DNA of 64,000 bases from an uncultured Actinomycetota bacterium. GTDB taxonomy: Bacteria; Actinomycetota; Actinomycetes; Propionibacteriales; Nocardioidaceae. The DNA lies in NCBI GenBank assembly GCA_963767955.1, contig CAVYGA010000002.1:271622-335621 (forward strand), in the 5' to 3' direction. Under the pieces are notes generated by a model. It was not told the origin of the DNA, did no database searches, and saw nothing but the letters and a program-made list of their open reading frames with translations. Positions 17,632 through 26,767 of this stretch are shown here, in pieces (position 1 is the first letter of the stretch; each line of letters begins with the position of its first letter). Both the position numbers and the translations under genes were made by a program.

Positions 17632-19707
17632 TCAGCGACGGACGAGGGCGAACCCTCCGGCCGGCACCCTCACGGTGACCGTGCGGGCTCGGGTGACCGA
17701 CGTGCTGACGGGGCGGCCCTGGCCGTCGTAGGTGCGCACCCGGGCCCTGCCGGTCCCGCCGACGCGGACCCTGGCCCGCTCGGCCGAGGTCGAGGCGCTG
17801 CGCAGGAGGGCCGTCCCGTGACCGTCACCGGACAGGACCAGCCGGGACACGAGGGGTTCCAGCATCACGGCGTCGAGCGCGGCCGGGTCGCCGTCACCCG
17901 TGACCGTGGTCGCGGACAGCCGGGTCGCCCGGGCGGGCAGGGTCCTGGGCAGGGTCACCGGCAGCAGTGCCCCGGGAGCCGGGGAGTCCCCCTGCGCTCC
18001 GATGTCGCCGGAGGCGGCACGGCCCAGGACCTTCCCTGCCGCGCGGAACGTGGTGACGGCACCACTGCCCGGGCGGAGGTCGAGCACCGGCAGGACGAGC
18101 GAGCGCCGGTGGGCGGGCAGGGCCAGCGTGGTGGAACCGCCGTCGCCGAGGGCGGCGTAGCCGGAGCCGCTGTAGAGCGACTCCCCCGTCCACAACGAGG
18201 GCGGGACGGTCGCGGAGGCCGCACCGGCCAGGGTGCCGTTCTCCGCCTCGACGGTCAGCGTCCCCCGGCGGGTCACGATGTCGGCGGTCCGCGCCAGCGC
18301 CGCGACCTTCGGCTCCTGGTCGAGCGCGATCATCGACAGCAGCCCGTGGATCGTGGACTCGGCCCCGGAGTTGTGGTTGACCTCACCGGAGCTGGAGATG
18401 CCGTCGAAGGTCCGCCCGGTGGCCGGGTCGTACATCGCCTCTCCTGCGGGGTTGGCGCCGAAGTACCACGCCGCGACGATCCCGGCGAGGCCGTAAGCGG
18501 CGTCCTTCCCGGTGGCGTCGGCGGTGGCGAGCAGCGACTGCAGGCGCGAGTCCGCGCCGTAGGCGATCTGGGAGGCGTCGCCCCGGGTCGGCAGCCGGCC
18601 GTTGTCGGGGCCACCCGAGGTCAGCAGCCACGGGTCGAAGGTGAAGGAGTCGCGGGTGGCGCCGCGCGCCAGGCCGCGATCACGCAGGGTGACGGACGCC
18701 TGCGCCAGGGCGGCCGGCATCTGGCTGCCCCAGCCGTGCCAGATCGATCGCGACAGCGCCCACGGCCGGATTGCTCCCATCGGCCAGGTGCGCGCGTTTC
18801 CGCGACCGAGCTGCGCGATGCCCTTGCTCAGCTTCGCCAGGGCGGTGCGGGCCCGGCGGGAGGCGCCCGCCTCGACGTACGCCGCGAGACCGAGGACGGC
18901 CTCGGCCGTGGCATCCGCCCCGTCCGCGATCAGCCAGGCCGGCGTGCGCTCGCCGTCGATGTCCAGGTGGTCGCCGTACCGGTCGAGGACCTGGCGGTCG
19001 ACGGCGCCGATCGACAGCTCGAGACGCTGGCGGAGGAACCGCGCGAAGGCGGGGTCGGCCTTCTCGAAGGCCGCGTAGCCCTCACCGAGGGCCCAGATCG
19101 TGCGGGCCACCCAGTAGGACGCGTCACTGTCGGACGGGTCGGGCAGCTCCACGGGTTCGGCGCTCGGGTTCAGGGTCCCGTCGGGCTGCATCCACAGCAC
19201 CACGTTGCCGGCGTCCGGACCGGACGCCGTCTGGAGGTAGGTGAGACCGCGGAGCATCTCGTACGCCGCGTCCCTGCTGGCCCGCGAGCCGGTCGCCTGC
19301 CAGTGCCGCAGGTAGACGACCGCGGCCCGGCTCACGTCATCGGCGTTGAACGCGCCCTGTCCCCAGGTGTCGGTCTCCGGGTGGTAGTCCCCGCCGCCGA
19401 CGTGCCGGAAGCTGCCGTCGGGGTTGGGCTCGGCATAGGTCCACAGCACCCCGATCTCGGGCTCGTCCGCGAGGCGGTACGTCGTGTGCCGCTCCTGGTG
19501 CGGCGGGGTCACCGGCACCGAGAGCCAGTCGAGGTGGTCCAGGTTGGTCAGCGTCCCGGAGGCCGCGGGACGCGGGGCCGCCGCGGTCGCAGCGCGATCG
19601 GTCGCGACCGACGGCAGGGCCGGGGTCGCGACCGCCAGGCCGGCGACCAGGCTCACGGTGAGGGCGAGCAGGCGTCGCCACGGTCGAGGTGCGGGGGTGT
19701 GGTCCAT
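17632..19707 (-). CDS. Secreted uncharacterised protein, probable (alpha/alpha) glycosidase-like fold plus C-terminal beta-sandwich
   Basis: Signal peptide 'MDHTPAPRPWRRLLALTVSLVAGLAVATPALP'; 'FNADD', 'TFDGI...VNHNSGAESTI'; lies inside a sugar operon. Confidence 0.6.
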   Translation of the reverse strand: MDHTPAPRPWRRLLALTVSLVAGLAVATPALPSVATDRAATAAAPRPAASGTLTNLDHLDWLSVPVTPPHQERHTTYRLADEPEIGVLWTYAEPNPDGSFRHVGGGDYHPETDTWGQGAFNADDVSRAAVVYLRHWQATGSRASRDAAYEMLRGLTYLQTASGPDAGNVVLWMQPDGTLNPSAEPVELPDPSDSDASYWVARTIWALGEGYAAFEKADPAFARFLRQRLELSIGAVDRQVLDRYGDHLDIDGERTPAWLIADGADATAEAVLGLAAYVEAGASRRARTALAKLSKGIAQLGRGNARTWPMGAIRPWALSRSIWHGWGSQMPAALAQASVTLRDRGLARGATRDSFTFDPWLLTSGGPDNGRLPTRGDASQIAYGADSRLQSLLATADATGKDAAYGLAGIVAAWYFGANPAGEAMYDPATGRTFDGISSSGEVNHNSGAESTIHGLLSMIALDQEPKVAALARTADIVTRRGTLTVEAENGTLAGAASATVPPSLWTGESLYSGSGYAALGDGGSTTLALPAHRRSLVLPVLDLRPGSGAVTTFRAAGKVLGRAASGDIGAQGDSPAPGALLPVTLPRTLPARATRLSATTVTGDGDPAALDAVMLEPLVSRLVLSGDGHGTALLRSASTSAERARVRVGGTGRARVRTYDGQGRPVSTSVTRARTVTVRVPAGGFALVRR

Positions 19708-19772
19708 CAGATCCTCATCATCGGTGGTTGGTCGCGGAGTGGGCGGGTTGCGGAAGGTGGGGAAGCCGTGGC

Positions 19773-20594
19773 TCAGCCCTTCACACCCGACCCGATGTCG
19801 GTGGTCGTGAAGTGCTTCTGGAACGCGACGAAGAGCGCCACCGCAGGAGCGGAGAGCACCACCGCGCCGGCCAGGATCGCGCCGTACGGGTTCGCCGCGC
19901 GGCCGGCCACGTTGCTGATGTAGTTGGCCAGCGCGACCGCGAGCGGCTGCATGTCGGCCTCCTTGGTGACCAGGAACGGCCAGAGGAACTCGTTCCACGG
20001 GCCGATGAACGTCAGCAGGGTCGCGGTCATCAGCGCCGGACGCACGAGGGGCATCGCGATCGACCACAGGATGCGGAGCTCGCCGGCGCCGTCGAGGCGG
20101 GCGGCGGCGAACAGCTCCTCCGGCAGGCTCAGGAAGAACTGCCGGAAGATGAACACCGCGGTCGAGTTGATCGCGAACGGCGCGATCATCCCCAGGTAGG
20201 AGTCGGCCAGCCCGTAGGTGCGCACGATCATCACGTAGATGGGGATGATCAGCAGCTGGAACGGGATGATCTGCACCAGCAGCATGACGGCGAAGAGGGT
20301 GCCGTTGCCGCGGAAGTGCAGCCGGGCCAGCGCGTAGCCGGCCAGGATGCCGAAGACGACGGTCCCGAGCAGCACGCCGCCGGTGAAGATCCCCGAGTTG
20401 GCCAGCGACTGGAGCAGGTTCACCCGGTCGTTGATCGCGAGGTAGTTGTCCAGCGTGTAGCCGCTGGTGGGGATCAGGCCCCCCAGCGACGTGTCGGGGT
20501 CCAGCTGGAGCGAGCTGACCAGCATGTAGTAGAAGGGGAACAGGAAGATCAGGGCGCCGACGTACAGCACCAGGTGTCGCAGGATCCGGCTCAT
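19773..20594 (-). CDS. Carbohydrate ABC transporter permease (MalG-like)
   Basis: 'SLPEELFAAARLDGAG' EAA loop, 'FIGPWNEFLWP'. Confidence 0.93.
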   Translation of the reverse strand: MSRILRHLVLYVGALIFLFPFYYMLVSSLQLDPDTSLGGLIPTSGYTLDNYLAINDRVNLLQSLANSGIFTGGVLLGTVVFGILAGYALARLHFRGNGTLFAVMLLVQIIPFQLLIIPIYVMIVRTYGLADSYLGMIAPFAINSTAVFIFRQFFLSLPEELFAAARLDGAGELRILWSIAMPLVRPALMTATLLTFIGPWNEFLWPFLVTKEADMQPLAVALANYISNVAGRAANPYGAILAGAVVLSAPAVALFVAFQKHFTTTDIGSGVKG

Positions 20595-20595
20595 G

Positions 20596-21528
20596 TCAGT
20601 CCCTCTCCAGCAGCTTCTTGCTGCCCAGGGAGAGCAGCAGCACGGCGATCACGAGCAGCACGCCGATCGCGGCGGCGGTGTCGGGGTTCCCCTGCTCGAT
20701 GCCCTTCTGGTACATCACCAGCACCGGTGAGGTGGACGCCCCGTTGGGCCCGCCCCCGTTGGTGAGCAGGTAGGGCTCGGTGAACAGGTTGGCTCCGGTG
20801 ATGGTGGCCAGGATCAGCACCAGCGTGGTCGCCGCCCTGACCCCGGGCACCGTGACGTGCCAGAACGACTTCACGCGACCGGCACCGTCGGTGGCGGCGG
20901 ACTCGTAGAGCTCCTTCGGCACGTTCTGCAGGGCCGCCAGGTAGAGGAGGACCGACATCCCGAGCTGTTTCCAGGTCACGAACAACGCGATCACCGGCAT
21001 CGCCAGGCCGCTGTTCACCAGCCAGGAGGGGTCCGGCGCCAGCGGCCCGAGCAGCTGGTTGACCATCCCGCCCCTGCTGAAGAGGAACAGCCACACCGCC
21101 ACCAGCGCGACGCTGGCGGTGACGTACGGCGCGAAGAAGGCGACCCTCAGGAAGGTGCGGCCCCGGATGGCGCCGTTGAGCGCCGCGGCCAGGACCAGCG
21201 AGAGTCCGACGGTGAGCGGCACGTTGATGACCAGGAACTGGGCCACGTTCACGAACGACTCCCGCACATCGGGGTCCTCGAGGACGGTGCGGTAGTTCTC
21301 CAGCCCGACGAACGGCCGGTCCACCTGCGCGCCGGGTGCGGTGAAGAAGTAGTCGTGGAAGCTGATCCACACCGCCAACCCGAGCGGGTAGGCGAACACC
21401 ACGGCGAGGAACACCGCATAGGGAGCGGAGAACACGATCCCCAGGGGCTGGCGGCCCAGCAGGGCCGCCAGCCTCGAGCGGGAGCGCGCCGGAGGGGTCC
21501 GGTCCGCGGTCTCGGTGTGAGCACTCAT
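20596..21528 (-). CDS. Carbohydrate ABC transporter permease (MalF-like)
   Basis: 'FVGLENY', 'YLAALQNVPKELYESAATDGAG'. Confidence 0.93.
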   Translation of the reverse strand: MSAHTETADRTPPARSRSRLAALLGRQPLGIVFSAPYAVFLAVVFAYPLGLAVWISFHDYFFTAPGAQVDRPFVGLENYRTVLEDPDVRESFVNVAQFLVINVPLTVGLSLVLAAALNGAIRGRTFLRVAFFAPYVTASVALVAVWLFLFSRGGMVNQLLGPLAPDPSWLVNSGLAMPVIALFVTWKQLGMSVLLYLAALQNVPKELYESAATDGAGRVKSFWHVTVPGVRAATTLVLILATITGANLFTEPYLLTNGGGPNGASTSPVLVMYQKGIEQGNPDTAAAIGVLLVIAVLLLSLGSKKLLERD

Positions 21529-21542
21529 GGTCGGGCTCCGGC

Positions 21543-22826
21543 TCAGGACTGACCGGCGAGCTCGGTGATCTCGTCAGCCGCGCCAGGAAGCGCGTCGTCC
21601 GGAGGCGTCTCGCCGAAGATCACCGAGGAGGAGTACGCGTCACGGAACTTCTGCCAGATCTCGATCGAGTTCGCGACGTTGGGGACCTCGACGGTCCGCG
21701 ATGCCTGGTCCGCGAAGCTGACGTACTCCGGGTGGGACTCGAAGTAGTCCGCGTAGGTGCCTTCCAGGTCGCTGCGCAGCGGCATCTGACCGGTCATCTC
21801 CAGCAGCTTGCCGTCCTGCTCCTCGCTGGACGCGAACTTCAGGACCTCCCACGCGGTGCCCTGGTTCTCGCAGGCCGAGTAGAGCCCGATGTTCTTCGCG
21901 TCGGAGAAGGTGTGGGTCTCCTCCGGGGTGGTGCCGGCCGAGGTCGGGACCGGAGCGGCGCCCCAGTTGACCGAGTCGCCGTAGACCGAGATCGCCCAGG
22001 GGCCGACGATCGACATCGCGGCCTTCTGGTCCGCGAAGGAGTCACCGTTGTACTTCTCCTTCGGGGAGAACCCCTCGTCGTACATCGTCTTCCAGAACCC
22101 CGCGACGCTCTTGCCGGCGTCGGAGTCGAAGGTCGCCTCACCGTCCTCGACCAGCTGCTGTCCACCGGTCTCCGCGGCGTAGAGCGGGTAGAAGTCGAAC
22201 CAGGACTGGAAGAACTCGCTGGTCGGCGCGGGCCAGATGGCTGCGTCCGCGGCACCGCTGTCGACGATCTTCTTGCTGGTGTCGAAGAACTCGTCGTACG
22301 TCGCGAGGGGCGGGTTCTCCGGGTCGACGCCGGCCTTCTTCATGATGTCCTTGTTGTAGAAGATCATCACGGGGTTCGACTTCCACGGGATCTGGTAGAG
22401 CTGGCCGTCCGGCGACTGGTACTGATCGGCGACGTCACCGCTGCGCGACTCGACATAGTCCTTGCCACCCTCGAAGCTGTCCAGGGCGACGAGCCCGCCC
22501 TGCTTCTGGAACTGCGGTACGGCGGCCGGGGAGGTGTTGAACACCAGGCACGGCGCGTTGCCCGCGGTGATCGCGGCGCCGATGACCTCCTCGGAGGTCT
22601 TCCCTGCCGGGATCTCCTGGGCGGTGACCTTCTCGTCGGGGTGCTCGGCGTTCCACGCCTCGACCATCTGCTTGCCCCAGGCGATCTCCTCGGGGTTGTT
22701 CGACAGCCAGACCTTGATCGGGCCGGTGGCCTCGGTGTCGCCGGAGTCTCCGGAGCCACCCCCACACGCGGCGGTCGCGCCCAGCGCCAGCAGGGCGAGT
22801 GTTGCGGTAGCTACCTTCGATCTCAT
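21543..22826 (-). CDS. Sugar ABC transporter solute-binding lipoprotein
   Basis: Lipobox 'ATAAC', SBP family 1 pattern 'YQIPWKSNPVMIFYNKD'; GGAG SD before ATG 22826. Confidence 0.92.
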   Translation of the reverse strand: MRSKVATATLALLALGATAACGGGSGDSGDTEATGPIKVWLSNNPEEIAWGKQMVEAWNAEHPDEKVTAQEIPAGKTSEEVIGAAITAGNAPCLVFNTSPAAVPQFQKQGGLVALDSFEGGKDYVESRSGDVADQYQSPDGQLYQIPWKSNPVMIFYNKDIMKKAGVDPENPPLATYDEFFDTSKKIVDSGAADAAIWPAPTSEFFQSWFDFYPLYAAETGGQQLVEDGEATFDSDAGKSVAGFWKTMYDEGFSPKEKYNGDSFADQKAAMSIVGPWAISVYGDSVNWGAAPVPTSAGTTPEETHTFSDAKNIGLYSACENQGTAWEVLKFASSEEQDGKLLEMTGQMPLRSDLEGTYADYFESHPEYVSFADQASRTVEVPNVANSIEIWQKFRDAYSSSVIFGETPPDDALPGAADEITELAGQS

Positions 22827-22878
22827 CTGTGTCTCCATTCGTGTGCTGCAGGGGGCAGCTGGGTTGCTCGGGGCTTGC

Positions 22879-23904
22879 TCAGGGTTGGTGCGGGGGGACG
22901 GGGCCGCTCGAGCCGCGGACGACGAGACTCGGCGCAGGGAGCTGGAGGTCGGTGGCGGGGCGCTGGTCGACCAGCTCGAGCAGCCGGGTCGCCGCCGCCC
23001 GCCCCCAGCCGATGACGTCGGTGCTGACGCTGGTCAGCGACGGTTGGACGTGGGCGGCGAGCTCGGTGTCGTCGTAGCCGGTGACCGACAGCTGGCCGGG
23101 CACGTCGATCCCGAGCCTGGCGGCGACCGCGAGGCCGGCGATCGCCATCAGGTCGTTGGCGTAGACGATCGCGGTGGGGGGCGTGGCCAGCTCGAGCAGC
23201 TCCCGGGTGGCGAGCGCCCCGCCCTCGGCGGAGAAGTCGGACTCGACGTGCGGGCCCGCGGTCAGGCCGCTCGCGCGCAGGGTGGCTGCCCAGGCGTCGT
23301 GCCGCGATCGGCCGTGCACCATCTGGGTCGGGCCCGAGACGTGCGCGATGCGGGTGTGGCCCTGGGCCGCGAGATGCTCCACGGCGGCGGCGATCCCGGG
23401 GCCGTCGTCGACGCCGACCGCGGGCCAGTACGCCTCCGGCAGCGCCGGACCCACGATCACCGCGGGGAGTCCAAGCTCGGCGAGGAACGCCGGACGCGGA
23501 TCGTCGACGAGCAGGTCGGTGACGAAGACACCGTCGACCCGGCCCTCGTCGCTGAGCCGGCGGTAGGTCTGCAGCTCGCCCTCGTGCTCCGGGACCACCT
23601 GGAGCAGCAGCGCGTAGCCGTGACGGGTCAGCTCGCTCTCCACGCCGGCGATGAAGGACGGGAAGAACGGGTCGGCGCGCAGCGTCTCGGGCGGTCGGGC
23701 CATCACGAGTCCCACGGCCAGGGCCCGGGAGACCGAGAGCGCCCGGGCCCGCGAGCTCGGGGTCCAGCCCAGCTCACCGGCGACGGCGAGGATCCGGGTC
23801 CGGGTCTCCGGCGCGAGCCCCGCGCGGTTGTTGAACGCGAACGAGACGGCACCCTTGGAGACGCCCGCGGCACGGGCGACGTCGTTGATGGTGGGCCGGG
23901 GCAT
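22879..23904 (-). CDS. LacI-family transcriptional regulator
   Basis: HTH 'TINDVARAAGVSKGAVSFAFN'; 'PTAIVYANDLMA', 'LSVTGYDD', 'LTSV'. Confidence 0.95.
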   Translation of the reverse strand: MPRPTINDVARAAGVSKGAVSFAFNNRAGLAPETRTRILAVAGELGWTPSSRARALSVSRALAVGLVMARPPETLRADPFFPSFIAGVESELTRHGYALLLQVVPEHEGELQTYRRLSDEGRVDGVFVTDLLVDDPRPAFLAELGLPAVIVGPALPEAYWPAVGVDDGPGIAAAVEHLAAQGHTRIAHVSGPTQMVHGRSRHDAWAATLRASGLTAGPHVESDFSAEGGALATRELLELATPPTAIVYANDLMAIAGLAVAARLGIDVPGQLSVTGYDDTELAAHVQPSLTSVSTDVIGWGRAAATRLLELVDQRPATDLQLPAPSLVVRGSSGPVPPHQP

Positions 23905-23912
23905 GTGCTCAC

Positions 23913-23926
23913 CTAAACCGGTTTAG
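23913..23926. promoter_or_regulatory. LacI-type operator overlapping the operon promoter
   Basis: Perfect 14-bp palindrome CTAAACCGGTTTAG with central CG, between a minus-strand TTGACA (23940-23935) and the lacI ATG. Confidence 0.8.
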
Positions 23927-24072
23927 TAGCGCCGTGTCAAGGGGTGACCGTCGATCCGCTCCGTCCCGCGCCCGGGCCGTCGACGTCCTCTTGTACCCTC
24001 GTCCCGGGCAGCCTGAGGCAGGGACGGCACCCTCCTGCGGGGGGTCTCGTGCACCGTCTCGTGCTGCTTGTC

Positions 24073-24145
24073 GCCCCAGTAGCTCAGCGGATAGAGCAGC
24101 CGCCTCCTAAGCGAAAGGTCGCAGGTTCGACTCCTGCCTGGGGCA
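24073..24145 (+). tRNA. tRNA-Arg(CCT)
   Basis: GCCCCAG/CTGGGGC acceptor, GCTC/GAGC D stem with A20, anticodon loop CTCCTAA, T arm GCAGG-TTCGACT-CCTGC. No encoded CCA; the anticodon stem has 2 mismatches. Confidence 0.88.
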
Positions 24146-24160
24146 CCGCGCCAGACCCGA

Positions 24161-25093
24161 TCACACCGCCGCTCCCGAGCTCCTGGCCTCCCAGATCCGG
24201 CAGGCCAGGATCACCCCGGCCGCCAGCACGGCGGCGACCAGCGCGTCGACGACGTAGTGCTCCGCGGAGTAGACGAGGACCAGGGACATCGCCAGCGGGT
24301 AGACCAGCACCAGCCACCTCAACGGCGTGCGCCACCGCTCGATCGCATGGAAGGCGAGCAGGAACGCGACCCCAGCATGCAGGGAGGGCATCGCGGCCAC
24401 CTTGTTGGCCATCCCGAAGAGCACCATGGTCTGGCGGTGCAGGTCGATCTCGGCCCACCCACGCCTGCTCACCCGAGCCACCTCGCCCACCAGGCCGTCC
24501 CGGGAGGCCATCCAGGGCGGCGCCATCGGGTAGACCCAGTAGATCGCGAGCGCGACGACGTGCAGCAGGACGAGCCGGCGCATCCAGCGCAGCCAGGAGT
24601 CCCGGTTGCGGACCCACAGGACGCCGGCCACGGCGAGCCCGGTCACGAAGTGGGTGGCGTAGACCGTGGTGAAGACCGCGTCGTACCACCGCGGCTCGGT
24701 GGTCGTGCGGCAGGGATCCCCGCACCAGGCGCCCTGCAGGCGTTCGGTCGGGGTCACGCCGCCCCCGAGCCACTCGTCGAACCGGATCGGCATCACGTAG
24801 TGCACGGGCGAACCCACGTTGTCCGCCAGGCCCCTGAGCAGCCAGTAGACGACCAGGACGAGAACCCACCGCCACCAGTCGCGCCAGAAGTCCAGGTGCT
24901 TCTCCCGCGGCGCCTCGATGTCCCAGGCGATGGTGCCGAGCCACACCCAGAGGACGACGCCGACGGTGTCGTTGGGAATGCCGACGAACCAGCTCCACAG
25001 CAGCAGCAGTGCGGCGTACCCGAGCATCGCGGCGGTCCGCGGGGCGCTGCGGGTGGGAAACCGGGTCTCGGCCGTGTCGAGACGCGGCGTCAC
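24161..25093 (-). CDS. PAP2-superfamily (PAP2_3/AUR1-like) membrane phosphotransferase
   Basis: Multi-TM; 'YPMAPPW', 'AAMPSLHAG', 'EHYVVD'. Confidence 0.85.
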   Translation of the reverse strand: MTPRLDTAETRFPTRSAPRTAAMLGYAALLLLWSWFVGIPNDTVGVVLWVWLGTIAWDIEAPREKHLDFWRDWWRWVLVLVVYWLLRGLADNVGSPVHYVMPIRFDEWLGGGVTPTERLQGAWCGDPCRTTTEPRWYDAVFTTVYATHFVTGLAVAGVLWVRNRDSWLRWMRRLVLLHVVALAIYWVYPMAPPWMASRDGLVGEVARVSRRGWAEIDLHRQTMVLFGMANKVAAMPSLHAGVAFLLAFHAIERWRTPLRWLVLVYPLAMSLVLVYSAEHYVVDALVAAVLAAGVILACRIWEARSSGAAV

Positions 25094-26640
25094 GAGGTGT
25101 CGTTCCTGACATAGATCCAGAAGGTCCCGGCGCGCGCCTCGACCTCGTAGCGGGCCCGGACGACCCGGTTGGCCGCCGCGCCGTCGACCCCCCAGGTGGT
25201 CACCGACCGTCCGGAGACCACCAGCCAGGTCGGCGCGTCGGGCCCGGCCAGCACGTCTGCCAGCAGCTGCGCGTCCGGGTCACGGACCCGGGCCGGCAGG
25301 CTCCAGAGGTGGCGGTAGGGGCTCCGCAGTCCCGTCGTCTCGAGGATGTTCGGGTTGCCGAACGCGACCACCGCGGTGTCACCGGGGCGGGCATGCTCCT
25401 CGAGGTAGGCGATCGCCGGTGCCTGCGAGCCTTCGACCGGGTTGACCACGACCCAGCCCAGGACGGCGAGCGTCGAGAGACCCGCGTAGCCGTACGCGGC
25501 GGTGAGCGGCCGAGAGGTCCAGGGGCTCGCGTCGACGGACGCCGCCGCCAGGACGACCAGCCCGGGCAGGAGCCCGATCAGGTAGTGCAGCCAGTAGCCG
25601 CCGCCGACCAGCACCACCAGCATCTCCCAGACCAGCAGCGCGAGGGCGGCCGCCCGGAGGCCCGCCAGGGCCGCGTGACCCCCGTGCGGGACCTCTGCTC
25701 CCCGTCGGGACCTCCGGGCCAGCTCGACGGCGACGAACGGCGCCCCGCTGAACAGCAGCGCGACGAGTACGCCGACCAGACGGTCCCCGATCGCGGCGGT
25801 GCCGGACTCGGCGATGACGCCGAGGGCCTCGCCGCGGAAGACCACGACGGCGTCCCAGATGCCGGGCACACTCGTGCCTCGTCCGGCGGCGAAGCCCAGG
25901 ACCAGGGCCGTCACGGCCACCGCGCCGCACCCGACGCCCACCACCAGTCGCCACAGGGTCGAGGTCCCGGGCCCGCGATGCCGCCGGCCCGAGACCAGGA
26001 CGACCACGGCGACGAACACGAACACGTCCACGATGTTCTGCTTGACGAGGAAGGCCGCGGCACCCGAGGCACCCGCGGCAACCGCCCACCACGTCGCGGA
26101 CCTCTGCCCGGACCTGGCCAGCGAGACGAGCACCGACGCGATCCCGGCCAGCACGAACGGCAGGCCGAGCAGTTCTGCGCTGACCACGGCGGCGCCGAAC
26201 AGCGGGGTGGCCAGGAAGAGCGCGGCCGTCGCGGCCGGCACCACCACCGGCCCGGTCGCGCCCGGGGTCCCCGACGCCAGGTGTCCGATCGCACCCGCGA
26301 GGAAGACCGACGCGAGGACCGCCACCAGCCCCAGCGCGCGCAGCGCCGGCGGGCCACCCCACCAGTCCGCCACGGCGAACAGACCGATGAGGAGTGGTGG
26401 CCGGTCCACCCAGTAGTCGCCGTAGAGCGACGAGCCCGGTTCCCACTGCGCGGCGAGCATCAGCAGACCGCCCTCGTCCGGGCTGAGGCCTCGCGGCAGC
26501 AACGGCAGGCGTGCCAGCGCGGCCGCGGTCGCGAGGGCGGCGACCCAGAGCCACGGCCGGCGCGCGTCGGGTACGTCGCCGGAGGCAACCGGCGACGTCG
26601 ACGACTCCTCGACCAGTAGTGGCCGCACCGGTCCCATCAT
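25090..26640 (-). CDS. Polytopic GT-C-like (ArnT/PMT-like) glycosyltransferase candidate
   Basis: 'LSPDEG...LYGDYWVDRPPL' first extracytoplasmic loop, 'AELL', 'LVKQN', ~11 hydrophobic segments. Start uncertain. Confidence 0.6.
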   Translation of the reverse strand: MMGPVRPLLVEESSTSPVASGDVPDARRPWLWVAALATAAALARLPLLPRGLSPDEGGLLMLAAQWEPGSSLYGDYWVDRPPLLIGLFAVADWWGGPPALRALGLVAVLASVFLAGAIGHLASGTPGATGPVVVPAATAALFLATPLFGAAVVSAELLGLPFVLAGIASVLVSLARSGQRSATWWAVAAGASGAAAFLVKQNIVDVFVFVAVVVLVSGRRHRGPGTSTLWRLVVGVGCGAVAVTALVLGFAAGRGTSVPGIWDAVVVFRGEALGVIAESGTAAIGDRLVGVLVALLFSGAPFVAVELARRSRRGAEVPHGGHAALAGLRAAALALLVWEMLVVLVGGGYWLHYLIGLLPGLVVLAAASVDASPWTSRPLTAAYGYAGLSTLAVLGWVVVNPVEGSQAPAIAYLEEHARPGDTAVVAFGNPNILETTGLRSPYRHLWSLPARVRDPDAQLLADVLAGPDAPTWLVVSGRSVTTWGVDGAAANRVVRARYEVEARAGTFWIYVRNDTS

Positions 26641-26767
26641 TCCAGTCCGGCCCGCCCCATCCGACTCATTTCTCGCGGCCGACCGACGAACCGCCCGACC
26701 GACCGGACGACCCTGGGGTGGGGACCCCGGAGACCGGGCTCGGGCGGCCGGCCTCAGCCGACCGGCC

